Positions 1 through 11,456 of a stretch of DNA of 64,000 nt are shown piece after piece (within the stretch, counting starts at the first letter, position 1; the number at the start of each line of letters is the position of its first letter). The notes under the pieces were generated by a model. That model was not told where the DNA came from and searched no databases. It saw nothing but the letters and a program-made list of their open reading frames with translations. This stretch comes from Naegleria gruberi (Eukaryota): the NCBI GenBank assembly GCA_000004985.1, contig GG738898.1; one strand, 5' to 3'. Made by a program: the position numbers and the translations under genes.

Positions 1-1
1 A

Positions 2-210
2 GAAGTTGCACCATTCGAAGGAAATTTTGAAGAGGAAGAGGTCGTAGAGCATAAAGATTTACAAATTTGTAGGATTAATCTTCCCTTTGGTAGTCCTCTA
101 TGTAAGGGAACAATAACAGAACAATTCGAATTGATACAAGATGAAGTAAATGTAGATAGCTATCGGGAGGTGGTGAATGAACATCTTGGTATTCCAATAG
201 AAGAACAATG
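2..210 (+). CDS. C-terminal fragment of an unknown protein, open from the window edge to TGA at 208-210
   Basis: Frame 2 is open from nt 2. It translates EVAPFEGNFEEEEVVEHKDLQICRINLPFGSPLCKGTITEQFELIQDEVNVDSYREVVNEHLGIPIEEQ*. The composition is coding-like. Confidence 0.3.
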
Positions 211-265
211 AAGTTATGAATTTACTCCTTTCGTATTCTATGATGAGATTAAGAGGGAGAAGGAA

Positions 266-508
266 ATGATGCTTCCCTATGTTAAGGAAATTCAACAATC
301 ACTGATTGCTCATTATGAAGATCATTATAATGAGATGACCAATGAACAGAGATCTTCTCCCTCAATGACATTTTATGGATTAAGACTGGGTATTATGCAT
401 CTCTTAAAGAGAGGAGGTGTAATGTTCTTTGAACCCAATGTAGTTGAAGATGCTCTCTATCAATTAAAAGCAATCATTTATTTGGTAATTAAGGAAGCTT
501 ATGAAAGT
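266..508 (+). CDS. N-terminal fragment of an unknown protein running into gap 509-813
   Basis: ORF MMLPYVKEIQQSLIAHYEDHYNEMTNEQRSS... It is in the same frame as the upstream fragment and is separated from it only by the TGA at 208-210. Confidence 0.3.
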
Positions 509-813
509 NNNNNNNNNNNNNNNNNNNNNNNNNNNNNNNNNNNNNNNNNNNNNNNNNNNNNNNNNNNNNNNNNNNNNNNNNNNNNNNNNNNNNNNNNNNN
601 NNNNNNNNNNNNNNNNNNNNNNNNNNNNNNNNNNNNNNNNNNNNNNNNNNNNNNNNNNNNNNNNNNNNNNNNNNNNNNNNNNNNNNNNNNNNNNNNNNNN
701 NNNNNNNNNNNNNNNNNNNNNNNNNNNNNNNNNNNNNNNNNNNNNNNNNNNNNNNNNNNNNNNNNNNNNNNNNNNNNNNNNNNNNNNNNNNNNNNNNNNN
801 NNNNNNNNNNNNN
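509..813. other. assembly gap (run of N)
   Basis: Literal N characters. Confidence 1.
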
Positions 814-837
814 TTGTTGTTTTTGCTCAGCAGTTCT

Positions 838-1434
838 TTGTTCAGCTTGTTGTTGTTGAGCAGCAATTTCTCCATTGGAAGAATAGGTTGATGGAGGAGC
901 TTGTTTATTTCTCTTTCCAACTGTCTTTCCACCTCCCATCAATAAAGAAGCTCCTTTGGTAATTTTACTGCAAAATCCTCTTTTTCCTTTCTTTGGTTGA
1001 CCACCAGCTTGTTGACTGGTTGAGTCTCCTCTGAAACCTCCTTTTCTTTTTAAGGAAATGATGAAGGTGATATCAGAAAGTTCTTCATTGGAAGAGAAGG
1101 CAAGAGTTGAAGATGAGTGTACGTATACAAACAGCTCCGAGAGTGGTTGATGGTTTAAGTGGATTACTTCGCGTTAGTTTATCCAACTTAGTAAGCTAAA
1201 AATTTGATAAATTGAATGGTAATTGTATTGATGAATAGTAATGATTGTTAAGATCAAATTATTTATTGAAGGTTTTTCACTACAACTAGACCCTCCAACA
1301 ATCCATTTCACATGGAGTTGGATTTTTGATTGTTCAACGTGACTATTTTCAATGATTTTTACAACATTTGTGTTCTCTTCTCCGATTTGGAACATTGTCA
1401 ACACTAGCAAGTTGGTTTCGTAAAGATATTTCAA
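838..1434 (-). CDS. unknown protein, partial, with a K/G/Q-rich C-terminal part continuing into the gap
   Basis: Minus-strand ORFs 1174-1434 (MKYLYETNLLVLTMFQIGEEN...) and 838-1173 (…SLKRKGGFRGDSTSQQAGGQPKKGKRGF…GGGKTVGKRNKQ…) share one frame, separated by a single TAA. Their relationship (intron or two genes) is unresolved. Confidence 0.25.
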
Positions 1435-1539
1435 TAAAGAAGAGTGTCACTTTGAAATAACGCAAAAACAATTGGTAACACACTATGTTCAATGTCGTAA
1501 ACAGAAGACTGCTATTAGTCTTTTCAAAATTTGAAAAAA

Positions 1540-2167
1540 ATGTTTAACAAAACCCATTGTTTACTAGTTACTTTGATATTATTCCTATTGTTTGCTCAAT
1601 CAGCTGTTGCCTTGATTGATCCAAATGATTTGAGTGAAATAAAAGAGACCATAATNTACCCTTTCCAACAGTTCTAACATTACATGTAGTACATGTTCTG
1701 AACAATTACTTCCATTCTTGAATGACATGTGTTGGAAGTATAACACCAATACTAGAGAGCAAATTGTTTCATTCTTGTCTATCTCTATTGATAAAGAACC
1801 TAACCAAAAATTGTTGAATGAGGTAATTGCTAGTGTTGCTCCAACCATTGTTGAACTTAAAACAGCTTCTCAGACTATGGAAGAAAAGAAGACTGATCTA
1901 CTTTCTGGATGGTTATCAACTTATGGATTCTACCCAAAAGGAAATGGTCAACCAATTGAGAGAGTTATTGGGTTTATTGTTACCAACTGGGCTTCACCTT
2001 CAACCACCTTACACATTCTTCTAAATGCCAGAAATATTCGTAATTTACTCAATACTAGACCTGCTTCTTCTGAAGTATTAATGTTTTCATTGATGAATTA
2101 CTTGAATAGTTTGAATAGTCTTGCCTACAGTTCTAAACCAGTTTGTTCTAGATTGGAATGTCATTAA
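1540..2167 (+). CDS. secreted protein of unknown function
   Basis: ATG at 1540 followed by a signal-peptide-like sequence MFNKTHCLLVTLILFLLFAQSAVA. The frame switches at the single ambiguous base N1656 into the long ORF ending at 2167 (…NITCSTCSEQLLPFLNDMCWKY…). This is probably one CDS with a base-call indel at the N. Confidence 0.5.
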
Positions 2168-2511
2168 ATGCGTTTTAACAAATTTGGTATTTAATTAAAT
2201 TGAATTGAACATTACACCTGTCTGAAATTGCTTGTGAAAGTTCTGAATATTCTTATATCTAGAATTGTATTCTCAATTTTTCAGTATTCGATACCTTATT
2301 TAAATTAGATTCTTCCTCACTAAAAACTTTCATATTTCCTCTTTAATATCTTTCAAAGAATCCGAAAGATATCCAAACATCCCTTAACAAGTAAGATTTG
2401 TTGGGCGACGAATTGTATGTAAAGGTGTTGGTTGACCAATAGAAACATCTGTTCCATCCTTGTAGTGATGAAGATTGATTGTCAGCAATTTTGTGGAATG
2501 ATATGTTTTTC

Positions 2512-2561
2512 NNNNNNNNNNNNNNNNNNNNNNNNNNNNNNNNNNNNNNNNNNNNNNNNNN
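2512..2561. other. assembly gap (run of N)
   Basis: Literal N characters. Confidence 1.
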
Positions 2562-2898
2562 CATTCTTTTTTGTAAATTGTCCACGAATTTAGAGAATCC
2601 TGAACAGAAGAACTCTGAAAAAGAAGACAATGCAGAAGAATTTAACAGAACAGAGAAGGAGCAAATAGAGATGGACATGAAGGAAGATTTTGCATATTTT
2701 GGTTACGCTCTTTATGAAGACGATTTTAATGAGTTTCCAATACTGGATAATGATGAAGACGATTCTTTGGAACAATTGGAACAAGCAACAGAGGAAATAT
2801 CTCTCCATTATCACTTACGAAGATTATTAAGGGAGCGTTCTTATGAATGCATTACAAATTACTTTCTGAAATTGTCAAAACCAACAAGTGCTGATTAA
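2562..2898 (+). CDS. acidic (D/E-rich) protein of unknown function, C-terminal part, possible
   Basis: ORF …ENPEQKNSEKEDNAEEFNRTEKEQIEMDMKEDFAYFGYALYEDDFNEFPILDNDEDDSLEQLEQ… ending in TAA. An alternative antisense ORF also exists. Confidence 0.3.
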
Positions 2899-3033
2899 AT
2901 CCACAAATATAGAGCGAGGAGACCATTCAGTAATCTTAATTTATTTTGTAAACCACTCCGCTTTGTTACTCCTCAAAAACTCCCTTCAAAGTCCGTAGAA
3001 GTAACACAAGAAAAAACCAAACAGAAAAAAAAA

Positions 3034-4955
3034 ATGTCAGTAAAAGGATTCTCACCATCATTATCATCGATCACTAACACATTGATGATCATTTTGATGA
3101 TGATTAATTTATTATCAATGGTTCATTCATCATTGTGTGCATCATCATCATCATGGACACAAAAACATGGTGATTTCTACATGTCCAATTCCATTCCTGA
3201 TTTTCCACTTTCCCATTCATCATGGATTAGTATGAATTCTCCGATGCTTACCAAGATGAATTTGAAACTTGATTCTACATCATTGATATTTGCAAATGCA
3301 CCATTGAGTGGTAAATTATTGATGGTTCTTGATGATGATAATCAACAATTGGTGATCGCAAGTATTAATTGTACTAGCGGAGTATTTAATATTGAAAGAA
3401 ATTTGACAAGTGTTTATCCTGGAACGAAGAGAGTTNNNNNNNNNNNNNNNNNNNNNNNNNNNNNNNNNNNNNNNNNNNNNNNNNNNNNNNNNNNNNNNNN
3501 NNNNNNNNNNNNNNNNNNNNNNNNNNNNNNNNNNNNNNNNNNNNNNNNNNNNNNNNNNNNNNNNNNNNNNNNNNNNNNNNNNNNNNNNNNNNNNNNNNNN
3601 NNNNNNNNNNNNNNNNNNNNNNNNNNNNNNNNNNNNNNNNNNNNNNNNNNNNNNNNNNNNNNNNNNNNNNNNNNNNNNNNNNNNNNNNNNNNNNNNNNNN
3701 NNNNNNNNNNNNNNNNNNNNNNNNNNNNNNNNNNNNNNNNNNNNNNNNNNNNNNNNNNNNNNNNNNNNNNNNNNNNNNNNNNNNNNNNNNNNNNNNNNNN
3801 NNNNNNNNNNNNNNNNNNNNNNNNNNNNNNNNNNNNNNNNNNNNNNNNNNNNNNNNNNNNNNNNNNNNNNNNNNNNNNNNNNNNNNNNNNNNNNNNNNNN
3901 NNNNNNNNNNNNNNNNNNNNNNNNNNNNNNNNNNNNNNNNNNNNNNNNNNNNNNNNNNNNNNNNNNNNNNNNNNNNNNNNNNNNNNNNNNNNNNNNNNNN
4001 NNNNNNNNNNNNNNNNNNNNNNNNNNNNNNNNNNNNNNNNNNNNNNNNNNNNNNNNNNNNNNNNNNNNNNNNNNNNNNNNNNNNNNNNNNNNNNNNNNNN
4101 NNNNNNNNNNNNNNNNNNNNNNNNNNNNNNNNNNNNNNNNNNNNNNNNNNNNNNNNNNNNNNNNNNNNNNNNNNNNNNNNNNNNNNNNNNNNNNNNNNNN
4201 NNNNNNNNNNNNNNNNNNNNNNNNNNNNNNNNNNNNNNNNNNNNNNNNNNNNNNNNNNNNNNNNNNNNNNNNNNNNNNNNNNNNNNNNNNNNNNNNNNNN
4301 NNNNNNNNNNNNNNNNNNNNNNNNNNNNNNNNNNNNNNNNNNNNNNNNNNNNNNNNNNNNNNNNNNNNNNNNNNNNNNNNNNNNNNNNNNNNNNNNNNNN
4401 NNNNNNNNNNNNNNNNNNNNACTTTCCAATGATTGTAAGGTGGCTATTATTGATTTGGAAATGGAGACCATTATTGTGGATGGAAAGAGACAAGCCAATG
4501 TTAAAATTGATCGATCCCTAACGGAACAATCTGCAATTGTTACAGTAAGTTTATTTATTTATGCAATACTTAATGTTATGATGAAATTAAAGTATTACGG
4601 AGCTAAAGTTATTAAAATGTGTGATAAAACATTATCAAACACAGTCAATATCACAGATTTGATAAGAAATGAAAATTTAGGACATTTATCACTTGGCAAT
4701 TTTGAGCATTTTGTTTACAATGTTTTGGATGAAAAGGTTTACAGTGGAAAAAAAACTTTAACTGAGACATTTATTTGTAAAATTGAAAGTAATGGTAAAA
4801 TTGTTGGCAAAATTCAAAGACCCAAGTCAAATTTGATAGAAATTGAATTTCCATCAACTCCAAACTATAGACACAAAGCACTAGTGTTGGCACTTGCCTT
4901 ATTTTGTTTTGCAACATCAGGTGGTGGTGGTGTCGTCTTCCCAATGATCATTTAA
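3034..4955 (+). CDS. secreted, probably GPI-anchored Ser-rich protein, interrupted by gap 3436-4420
   Basis: The N-terminus is hydrophobic and signal-like (…LMIILMMINLLSMVHSSLCASSSS). The C-terminus ends …LVLALALFCFATSGGGGVVFPMII*, which looks like a GPI signal. A candidate in-frame 48-nt intron GTAAGT…AAG lies at 4545-4592. Confidence 0.5.
3436..4420. other. assembly gap (run of N)
   Basis: Literal N characters. Confidence 1.
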
Positions 4956-5087
4956 TCAGCTCAACAATTAACTGCCCTTAGGAAATTTTGGAAAGCAACA
5001 AACACATTGAAAATCATTAAATTAATGAAAATCTGTCATGAAAAATTACAAAATGCTTTCCTTACCTTTAATAGAAATTCAAAAAAA

Positions 5088-5666
5088 TTATGTTTTTTTC
5101 CTTTTTGGTGTTGTGTTTCTTGCTGTATCATCAGTATCAGTTTCGTCTCCATCGTCATCTTCTTGATTGTTTAATTCATTTTCCATTTCTGAACTAGTTC
5201 TCTTCTTTAATTCTCCAAATTTATTTGCCATCTCTGTAAAATATGCCTTCCTTATCAAATCATTCAAATCACTGCCTTTATCTGCTGAACTTTCATTTTT
5301 CTTTTCTTTTTTATCTTTTTTTCCCTTCTTTTCCATTTTTAATTTGTCCATGATGGCAGTTTGCTTATTCTTGATGGTTTCACATTTGAGTTCTGACTCT
5401 AATTTACAATATTTAATAAATTCCATCATGTTAGTATCGGAATCAAAAAATTCAGTCATTTTCTTTTTAGAAATTCCCTTGCTTTTAGTTTCGTCCGATT
5501 TGTTAAAAATTGTGGAAAGATAGAAAGCGAGTAGAGGTGTATGTTTTTCTTGATTGTATCCCACTCTCTTGGCTGGAGATTCTTGAATTGTTTGTGGTGT
5601 TGTCGTGCTGATAGGAAGTGGACTATCTTGAGACGAAACTTGACTATTCTTTCTTCTTGGAGGCAT
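5088..5666 (-). CDS. Lys/Glu-rich, probably nuclear, protein of unknown function
   Basis: The ORF starts at the ATG for MPPRRKNSQVSSQDSPLPI… It has KKGKKDKKEKK and DDDGDETDTDD tracts and ends …TPKRKKT*. Confidence 0.5.
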   Translation of the reverse strand: MPPRRKNSQVSSQDSPLPISTTTPQTIQESPAKRVGYNQEKHTPLLAFYLSTIFNKSDETKSKGISKKKMTEFFDSDTNMMEFIKYCKLESELKCETIKNKQTAIMDKLKMEKKGKKDKKEKKNESSADKGSDLNDLIRKAYFTEMANKFGELKKRTSSEMENELNNQEDDDGDETDTDDTARNTTPKRKKT

Positions 5667-6055
5667 TTTTTTTATGGTGGACAAGAGAAAATGGGCTGGA
5701 TGTCAAATTGACATTAACACTTCCGTGAATGCAACTTTTTTGCCATCACCAAGTTGAATAAAGGTGCACACGACTCAATTTCTAGAAATGATTGATGCAA
5801 TTGTTGTTACTTCTTCATACGATTGTAAACATTTTATTAAATTCTCTAATTGAAACCAATAGGATGTTGTGTGTTATTATTGGGAAATGTTAAGGGAACT
5901 TTTCTCATTTTGATGGTTGAGCTTTGAGTTAAATTTTCCATGTGTTAATTCCCATGTGTGTTTATATGTTCCACTGATAAACTGAAAAGTATATTTCTCA
6001 TTTATGGAGAAGGGTTTAGTTTGGAGTTTCTACTCTAAGAAATCAAGAAAGAAAA

Positions 6056-6974
6056 ATGAAGAGTAGCTTAAAGTATTTGGTTGGTATGATAATTGGTGCA
6101 GGAGGAATGTACCTTTACACCAACACTAAACAACCTTCAGTGAGTACGAAACTTTATTCGAATCAATCATCAATATTTCTATTCAAATAACAATTAGAAT
6201 ATCATTGGTGGTTATGCACCTCTCCACAGAATTCATAACCACATTTGTGGTGTTCATGGCTATGCTCATGGTTAGTATTTTATTCGAAACTACAATAATC
6301 ATGATTACACATCAATAGATATGAAAAGAAGTATTACAGCTCATCATTATTGCTCTCATATCCGACCAGATTTTCATCAATGTGTTATTTATGATAGTGA
6401 TAGTCCTGATGCCAAACTAATCGGAATCGAATACATTATCACTGAGGAAACGTATAATACATTGGATCCAGAAGAGCAAAAACTTTGGCATTCTCACCAA
6501 TATGAAGTTAAAGGTGGATTGATTACGTGCCCTCATATTCCTCAACTTGTTGAACATCAAATTATGAAACATATAATTAAGGTAAGAGTTTCATTGTAAC
6601 AATTTATTGTAAACTTTGTAAAGACATATGGTAAAACATTCCACACTTGGCAAGTTGACACTCAACCTGATTTACCTTTGGGAATCCCTCAATTAATGAT
6701 GGCCTACACAAGAGAGGAGAATATGCCAGAAGCACATGTCAGAAAAATGTTTCTTAATATGGATAGATTGAGAGATGACATTATCAAAGATAGAATCTAC
6801 ATTGAAGGAAGTGAGAAAGGCATTCACCCAAATGCTGACTCCTGGGAGAAGGGAAATACCGAATTATTATTGAAACTTGTTGATTTCAATTCCAACTCCG
6901 TTTCAGCAAATAATAATTCAGAAATGAAACCAACAATTCCAAAAGATGTTGTCTTTGATTTGAAAAAGGAATAA
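6056..6974 (+). CDS. DUF1264 / oil-body-associated-protein (OBAP)-like protein, 4 exons
   Basis: Exons approx. 6056-6138, 6230-6270, 6319-6581 and 6624-6974 with GTGAGT/GTTAGT/GTAAGA donors and AG acceptors. The protein contains …[12 protein letters not shown]…HHYCSH…[21 protein letters not shown]…[12 protein letters not shown]…[12 protein letters not shown]…. The family assignment is from memory of DUF1264 motifs. Confidence 0.55.
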
Positions 6975-7070
6975 AACAATTTATTATCAATGCTTTCTAA
7001 CAAATACCACATGCTCCATGCAATATTCTTCCTTTCGTTGATTTTCCTTAGTTGTTTGGCTTAAGGGAAT

Positions 7071-7200
7071 AAATTCCGAGCAAATTCCGAAAAAAAAATG
7101 GCTTGAAATTGATTCCGAGGTTTGCAAACCAAAAATAATTCGGAAGCAAAACATCAACAATTTGGAAAGTTATTTTCGGGATGTAGTATTTAAATGATGG
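7071..7200 (+). promoter_or_regulatory. candidate hsp70 promoter with four ATTCCGA(G/A)-type repeats and TATTTAAAT
   Basis: AAATTCCGAG, CAAATTCCGAAAA, GATTCCGAGG and AATTCGGAAG lie within 80 bp, 110-240 bp upstream of the Hsp70 ATG. TATTTAAAT is at about 7187. Confidence 0.35.
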
Positions 7201-7311
7201 AACAATCTGCTCATGATGAAATAACAATCAGAAAAAAAAGAATTTAAATTATTCTTAGCTACAATATATTGTACATAATTATAATCGAGAGTAAATAGTA
7301 ATAACAACAAG

Positions 7312-9264
7312 ATGTCATCTGCTGAAGTATTTGATGGAGCCATTGGTATTGATTTGGGAACAACTTATTCATGTGTTGGTGTCTATATGGGAGATAATGT
7401 AGAAATCATTCCGAATGATCAAGGTAATAGAACAACACCTTCCTATGTTGCATTCACTGATGAAGAACGTTTAATTGGTGATGCTGCCAAGAATCAAGTT
7501 GCAATGAATCCACACAATACAGTATTTGATGCTAAACGTTTAATTGGTAGAAAGTTTTCCGATTCAACAGTTCAAGATGATATGAAACATTGGCCATTCA
7601 AGGTCATTACAAAGAGTGATGAGAAACCATACATTCAAGTTGAATACAAAGGAGAATCACATGTTTTCACACCAGAACAAATCTCATCCATGGTCTTGAC
7701 TAAAATGAAGGATATTTCAGAACAATATTTGGGTAAACAAGTCAAGAAGGCAGTCATTACAGTTCCTGCCTATTTCAACGACTCACAAAGACAAGCAACC
7801 AAGGATGCTGGTGCAATTGCTGGTTTGGAAGTTTTGAGAATTATCAATGAACCAACAGCTGCTGCCATTGCTTATGGTTTAAACAAGAAGGGTGAAAGAA
7901 ATGTTTTGATTTTCGATTTGGGTGGTGGTACTTTTGATGTTTCAATTTTGAATATTGAGGATGGTGTTTTTGAAGTGAAAGCCACTGCTGGTGATACTCA
8001 CTTGGGAGGAGAAGATTTTGATAACTTGATGGTTCAATTCTGCTGTCAAGAATTTAAGAGAAAGTACAAGAAGGATATTCAAGAAAATCCAAGAGCATTA
8101 AGAAGATTGAGAACTGCCTGTGAAAGAGCCAAGAGAAATTTATCATCAGCTGCCAATGCTTCAATTAATGTTGATTCAATTATGGACGGAATTGATTTGG
8201 ATATTTCAATGACTCGTGCTAAATTTGAACAATTGAATATGGACTTGTTTAAGAAGTGTTTCGAACCAGTCAAGAAGGTTTTACAAGATTCAGGATTGGA
8301 TAAGGCACAAATTGATGATGTTGTTCTTGTTGGTGGTTCAACTCGTATTCCAAAAGTTCAAGAAATGCTCAGAGAATTCTTCAATGGAAAAGAATTGTGC
8401 AGATCAATTAATCCAGATGAAGCTGTAGCTTATGGTGCTGCAGTTCAAGGCGGTGTTTTAACTGGTAAGGAAACCAAAGTCTTATTAATCGATGTTACTC
8501 CACTTTCATTGGGTATAGAAACAGCTGGTGGTGTCATGACCAAATTGATTGAAAGAAATTCAACCATTCCATGTAAGAAATCTGAAATCTTCTCAACCTA
8601 TGCTGATAATCAAACAGCAGTCACTATTCAAGTCTTTGAAGGAGAAAGAACCTTGACAAAGGATAATCACTTGTTGGGAAGATTTAACTTGGAAGGTATT
8701 CCACCAGCACCAAGAGGTGTTCCAAAGATTGAAGTCACATTTGAAATTGATTCTAATGGTATTATGAAAGTTTCTGCCAAGGATACTTCATCTGGTAAGA
8801 CACAAAACATTACCATCAAGAATGAACAAGGACGTTTGAGTAAGGAAGAAATTGAAGAAATGGTCAAGAAGGCCAAGGAAATGGAACAATTTGATAAGGA
8901 ATTGAAAGAAAAGATTGATGCCAAGAATCAATTAGAGGCCTACGCCTATCAAATGAAATCCACTGCTGATGATCCAAACTTGTCTGGTAAATTATCAGAT
9001 GCTGATAAGAATACCATCAAGAAGACATGTGAGGAAGTTATTAATTGGTTAGATAATAATTCTACCTATTCAAAGGATGATATTGAAAAGAGAAGAAAAG
9101 AATTGGAAGGTAAATGTGCACCAATTATTAGCAAGTTGTATCAACAAGGAGCTGGTCAACCAGAATTTACACCAAATGGTGCAAACTTTACCTCAGATAA
9201 TACTTCCAGTAATTCAAGCAACACAACATCAAAGCCAAAGTTTGAAGATGTTGATGTCGATTAA
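7312..9264 (+). CDS. cytosolic Hsp70/Hsc70 chaperone
   Basis: Intron-less 650-aa ORF with [22 protein letters not shown] and [14 protein letters not shown] signatures. The C-terminus is …FEDVDVD rather than EEVD. Confidence 0.95.
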   Translation: MSSAEVFDGAIGIDLGTTYSCVGVYMGDNVEIIPNDQGNRTTPSYVAFTDEERLIGDAAKNQVAMNPHNTVFDAKRLIGRKFSDSTVQDDMKHWPFKVITKSDEKPYIQVEYKGESHVFTPEQISSMVLTKMKDISEQYLGKQVKKAVITVPAYFNDSQRQATKDAGAIAGLEVLRIINEPTAAAIAYGLNKKGERNVLIFDLGGGTFDVSILNIEDGVFEVKATAGDTHLGGEDFDNLMVQFCCQEFKRKYKKDIQENPRALRRLRTACERAKRNLSSAANASINVDSIMDGIDLDISMTRAKFEQLNMDLFKKCFEPVKKVLQDSGLDKAQIDDVVLVGGSTRIPKVQEMLREFFNGKELCRSINPDEAVAYGAAVQGGVLTGKETKVLLIDVTPLSLGIETAGGVMTKLIERNSTIPCKKSEIFSTYADNQTAVTIQVFEGERTLTKDNHLLGRFNLEGIPPAPRGVPKIEVTFEIDSNGIMKVSAKDTSSGKTQNITIKNEQGRLSKEEIEEMVKKAKEMEQFDKELKEKIDAKNQLEAYAYQMKSTADDPNLSGKLSDADKNTIKKTCEEVINWLDNNSTYSKDDIEKRRKELEGKCAPIISKLYQQGAGQPEFTPNGANFTSDNTSSNSSNTTSKPKFEDVDVD

Positions 9265-9290
9265 ATAAACACTTTTTTTTGAAACCATTA

Positions 9291-9344
9291 TGCAATAATT
9301 CACCAATTTGACACTCTACCAAAATGGGTATACTTTTTGTGATT
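9291..9344. repeat. copy 1 of a ~50-bp segmental repeat, abutting gap 9345-9968
   Basis: CACCAATTTGACACTCTACCAAAATGGGTATACTTTTTGTGATT matches 12141-12184 exactly. Similarity decays further left. Confidence 0.9.
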
Positions 9345-9968
9345 NNNNNNNNNNNNNNNNNNNNNNNNNNNNNNNNNNNNNNNNNNNNNNNNNNNNNNNN
9401 NNNNNNNNNNNNNNNNNNNNNNNNNNNNNNNNNNNNNNNNNNNNNNNNNNNNNNNNNNNNNNNNNNNNNNNNNNNNNNNNNNNNNNNNNNNNNNNNNNNN
9501 NNNNNNNNNNNNNNNNNNNNNNNNNNNNNNNNNNNNNNNNNNNNNNNNNNNNNNNNNNNNNNNNNNNNNNNNNNNNNNNNNNNNNNNNNNNNNNNNNNNN
9601 NNNNNNNNNNNNNNNNNNNNNNNNNNNNNNNNNNNNNNNNNNNNNNNNNNNNNNNNNNNNNNNNNNNNNNNNNNNNNNNNNNNNNNNNNNNNNNNNNNNN
9701 NNNNNNNNNNNNNNNNNNNNNNNNNNNNNNNNNNNNNNNNNNNNNNNNNNNNNNNNNNNNNNNNNNNNNNNNNNNNNNNNNNNNNNNNNNNNNNNNNNNN
9801 NNNNNNNNNNNNNNNNNNNNNNNNNNNNNNNNNNNNNNNNNNNNNNNNNNNNNNNNNNNNNNNNNNNNNNNNNNNNNNNNNNNNNNNNNNNNNNNNNNNN
9901 NNNNNNNNNNNNNNNNNNNNNNNNNNNNNNNNNNNNNNNNNNNNNNNNNNNNNNNNNNNNNNNNNNNN
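9345..9968. other. assembly gap (run of N)
   Basis: Literal N characters. Confidence 1.
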
Positions 9969-10043
9969 ACATTTATCGTGTTCTGATTTCTAGAAAAAAC
10001 GAATGATATTGATTTACTGAAAGATTAATATTATTATCCAATA

Positions 10044-11296
10044 TTGTGATTTCGGAAAACCCTTTTCCTTTTTTTTTTGAATTTTTTCAAGGTTTGTTTG
10101 AATTGCTTCGGATTGGTTTGAATTGGATTGAATTGCATCAGATTTGAAAAAAATTTGGCTGCCCGAATTAACTGATAGAGTGTATGTGAATGGAAAAGGT
10201 TTGGCAGACGAAGAGATTCAATTAATTAAATATAAATATGACAATTATCTGCTAATAATATACCTCCACACAAAATTGCTCGTCTTATTCGAGTGGAAAC
10301 CTTGTTTTCTCTTCCGACGATTAGAAAATATATGGAAAACCAAGAAAAATCAAAACCAGGTCGTCCAAGGTATTCTGGAAAATCTACACAATTGAATATG
10401 TTGGCCTTTATTAAAACTTGTTTTGAAATTATGCCCACTCTTTATCTGCAAGAGTTGCAACAATCTATTAAGGAAATATTTGGAAATGAGATATCATTAT
10501 CTCAATTATCGGATGTCAAAACCAAGATTTTGAATATCACTAACAAGAAAGTGGAATTATTAAGTAATTATCGGAAAAAACCTCATATTCAACAACATAG
10601 AAAACTTTACAGAGAATTGGTTCTTGGTTTCGAAATTGATGATTTGTTTTTCATTGACGAGTCCACTGTTACATACACCGATCTAGCAAGAAGGAGAGGT
10701 CACTCATTAAAAGGAACACCTGCAAGGAACTCATCTCATCATGTTTCGAATAAGAGATTTTCAATTATTGCTTGCATCAATAGATTGGTTGGAGTAGTTT
10801 ATTGTGAAGTCATTGATACAACCGAAAAAGGAGTGGATCAAATTATCTTTTCAAACTTCATGGATACTTTGAAACATTTAATTCCAAAAGACAAAGTGTG
10901 TGTTATGGACAATAGTTCAGTTCATAATAAGGAAACTTTGGTTGATTCCATGAAGGAAGCTGGAATACATGTTCTATTTCAAAGTAGATATTCACCAGAT
11001 TACACTCTAATTGAATTTTGTTTCTCGTGGTTGAAAAGTGAACTGAAAAGAGAAGAATATATAACGTACCCATTGGCTTTCTTGGTGAAACAAACCTTTG
11101 ATAGTATGCCAGTGGAAATTGTTCGAAAATATGTTGGACACGCCCAACAGAATTGGAAATCCAATAGATTGTAAGTTAAAATAAAGTTTGTTTTATTTGA
11201 TTGAATTGGTTTGAATTGGTTTGTATTGGATTTTGTTGGAAAAAAAATTGCAAAAAAATTCAAAAAAAAAAGGAAAAGGGTTTTCCGAAATCACAA
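10044..11296 (+). mobile_element. Tc1/mariner-family DNA transposon, ~1.25 kb, with ~50-bp TIRs and TA target-site duplication
   Basis: Left end TTGTGATTTCGGAAAACCCTTTTCC(T)10GAATTTTTT is the exact reverse complement of the right end AAAAAATTC(A)10GGAAAAGGGTTTTCCGAAATCACAA. Both ends are flanked by TA (10042-43 and 11297-98). Subterminal TTGAATTGG direct repeats are present. An internal DD34E transposase ORF is present. Confidence 0.8.
10293..11174 (+). CDS. Tc1-like DD34E transposase, catalytic core ORF with N-terminal region out of frame
   Basis: The core reads DESTVTYTD…VMDNSS…(34 aa)…YSPDYTLIEFCFSWLK, i.e. DD34E. The paired/HTH-like N-terminus (LPELTDRVYVNGKGLADEEIQLIKY…) lies in another frame at 10144-10240 and has no ATG, so the gene is likely decayed. 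Confidence 0.7.
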   Translation: METLFSLPTIRKYMENQEKSKPGRPRYSGKSTQLNMLAFIKTCFEIMPTLYLQELQQSIKEIFGNEISLSQLSDVKTKILNITNKKVELLSNYRKKPHIQQHRKLYRELVLGFEIDDLFFIDESTVTYTDLARRRGHSLKGTPARNSSHHVSNKRFSIIACINRLVGVVYCEVIDTTEKGVDQIIFSNFMDTLKHLIPKDKVCVMDNSSVHNKETLVDSMKEAGIHVLFQSRYSPDYTLIEFCFSWLKSELKREEYITYPLAFLVKQTFDSMPVEIVRKYVGHAQQNWKSNRL

Positions 11297-11456
11297 TAGC
11301 CTTCATAATTTTAATATCAAAATTCAATCCGAGAAGAATAATTTTAATATTACTGACTCTTCTAATTGGGAAATATCAGGAAATACTTTTAATGTTGGCG
11401 CTTATACTACTACTGCATTCAATTTATATTACTTATTAGTAAATAATCAAGAATTG

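Noticed and set aside
208-210. In-frame TGA separating two coding-like segments in the same frame (2-210 and 266-508). I considered stop-codon reassignment or selenocysteine.
   Set aside because: TGA terminates at least two confident genes here (BTB-ARL at 12140, RAD51 paralog at 48031). Most genes end in TAA. Two tandem genes share a frame by chance 1 time in 3. An unrecognised intron or a sequencing error is also possible.
3386-4498. Very long ORFs in the six-frame track that consist mostly of X (e.g. 3386-4498, 31223-32812, 31227-33464).
   Set aside because: They span runs of N and carry no information. Only the non-N flanks were used.
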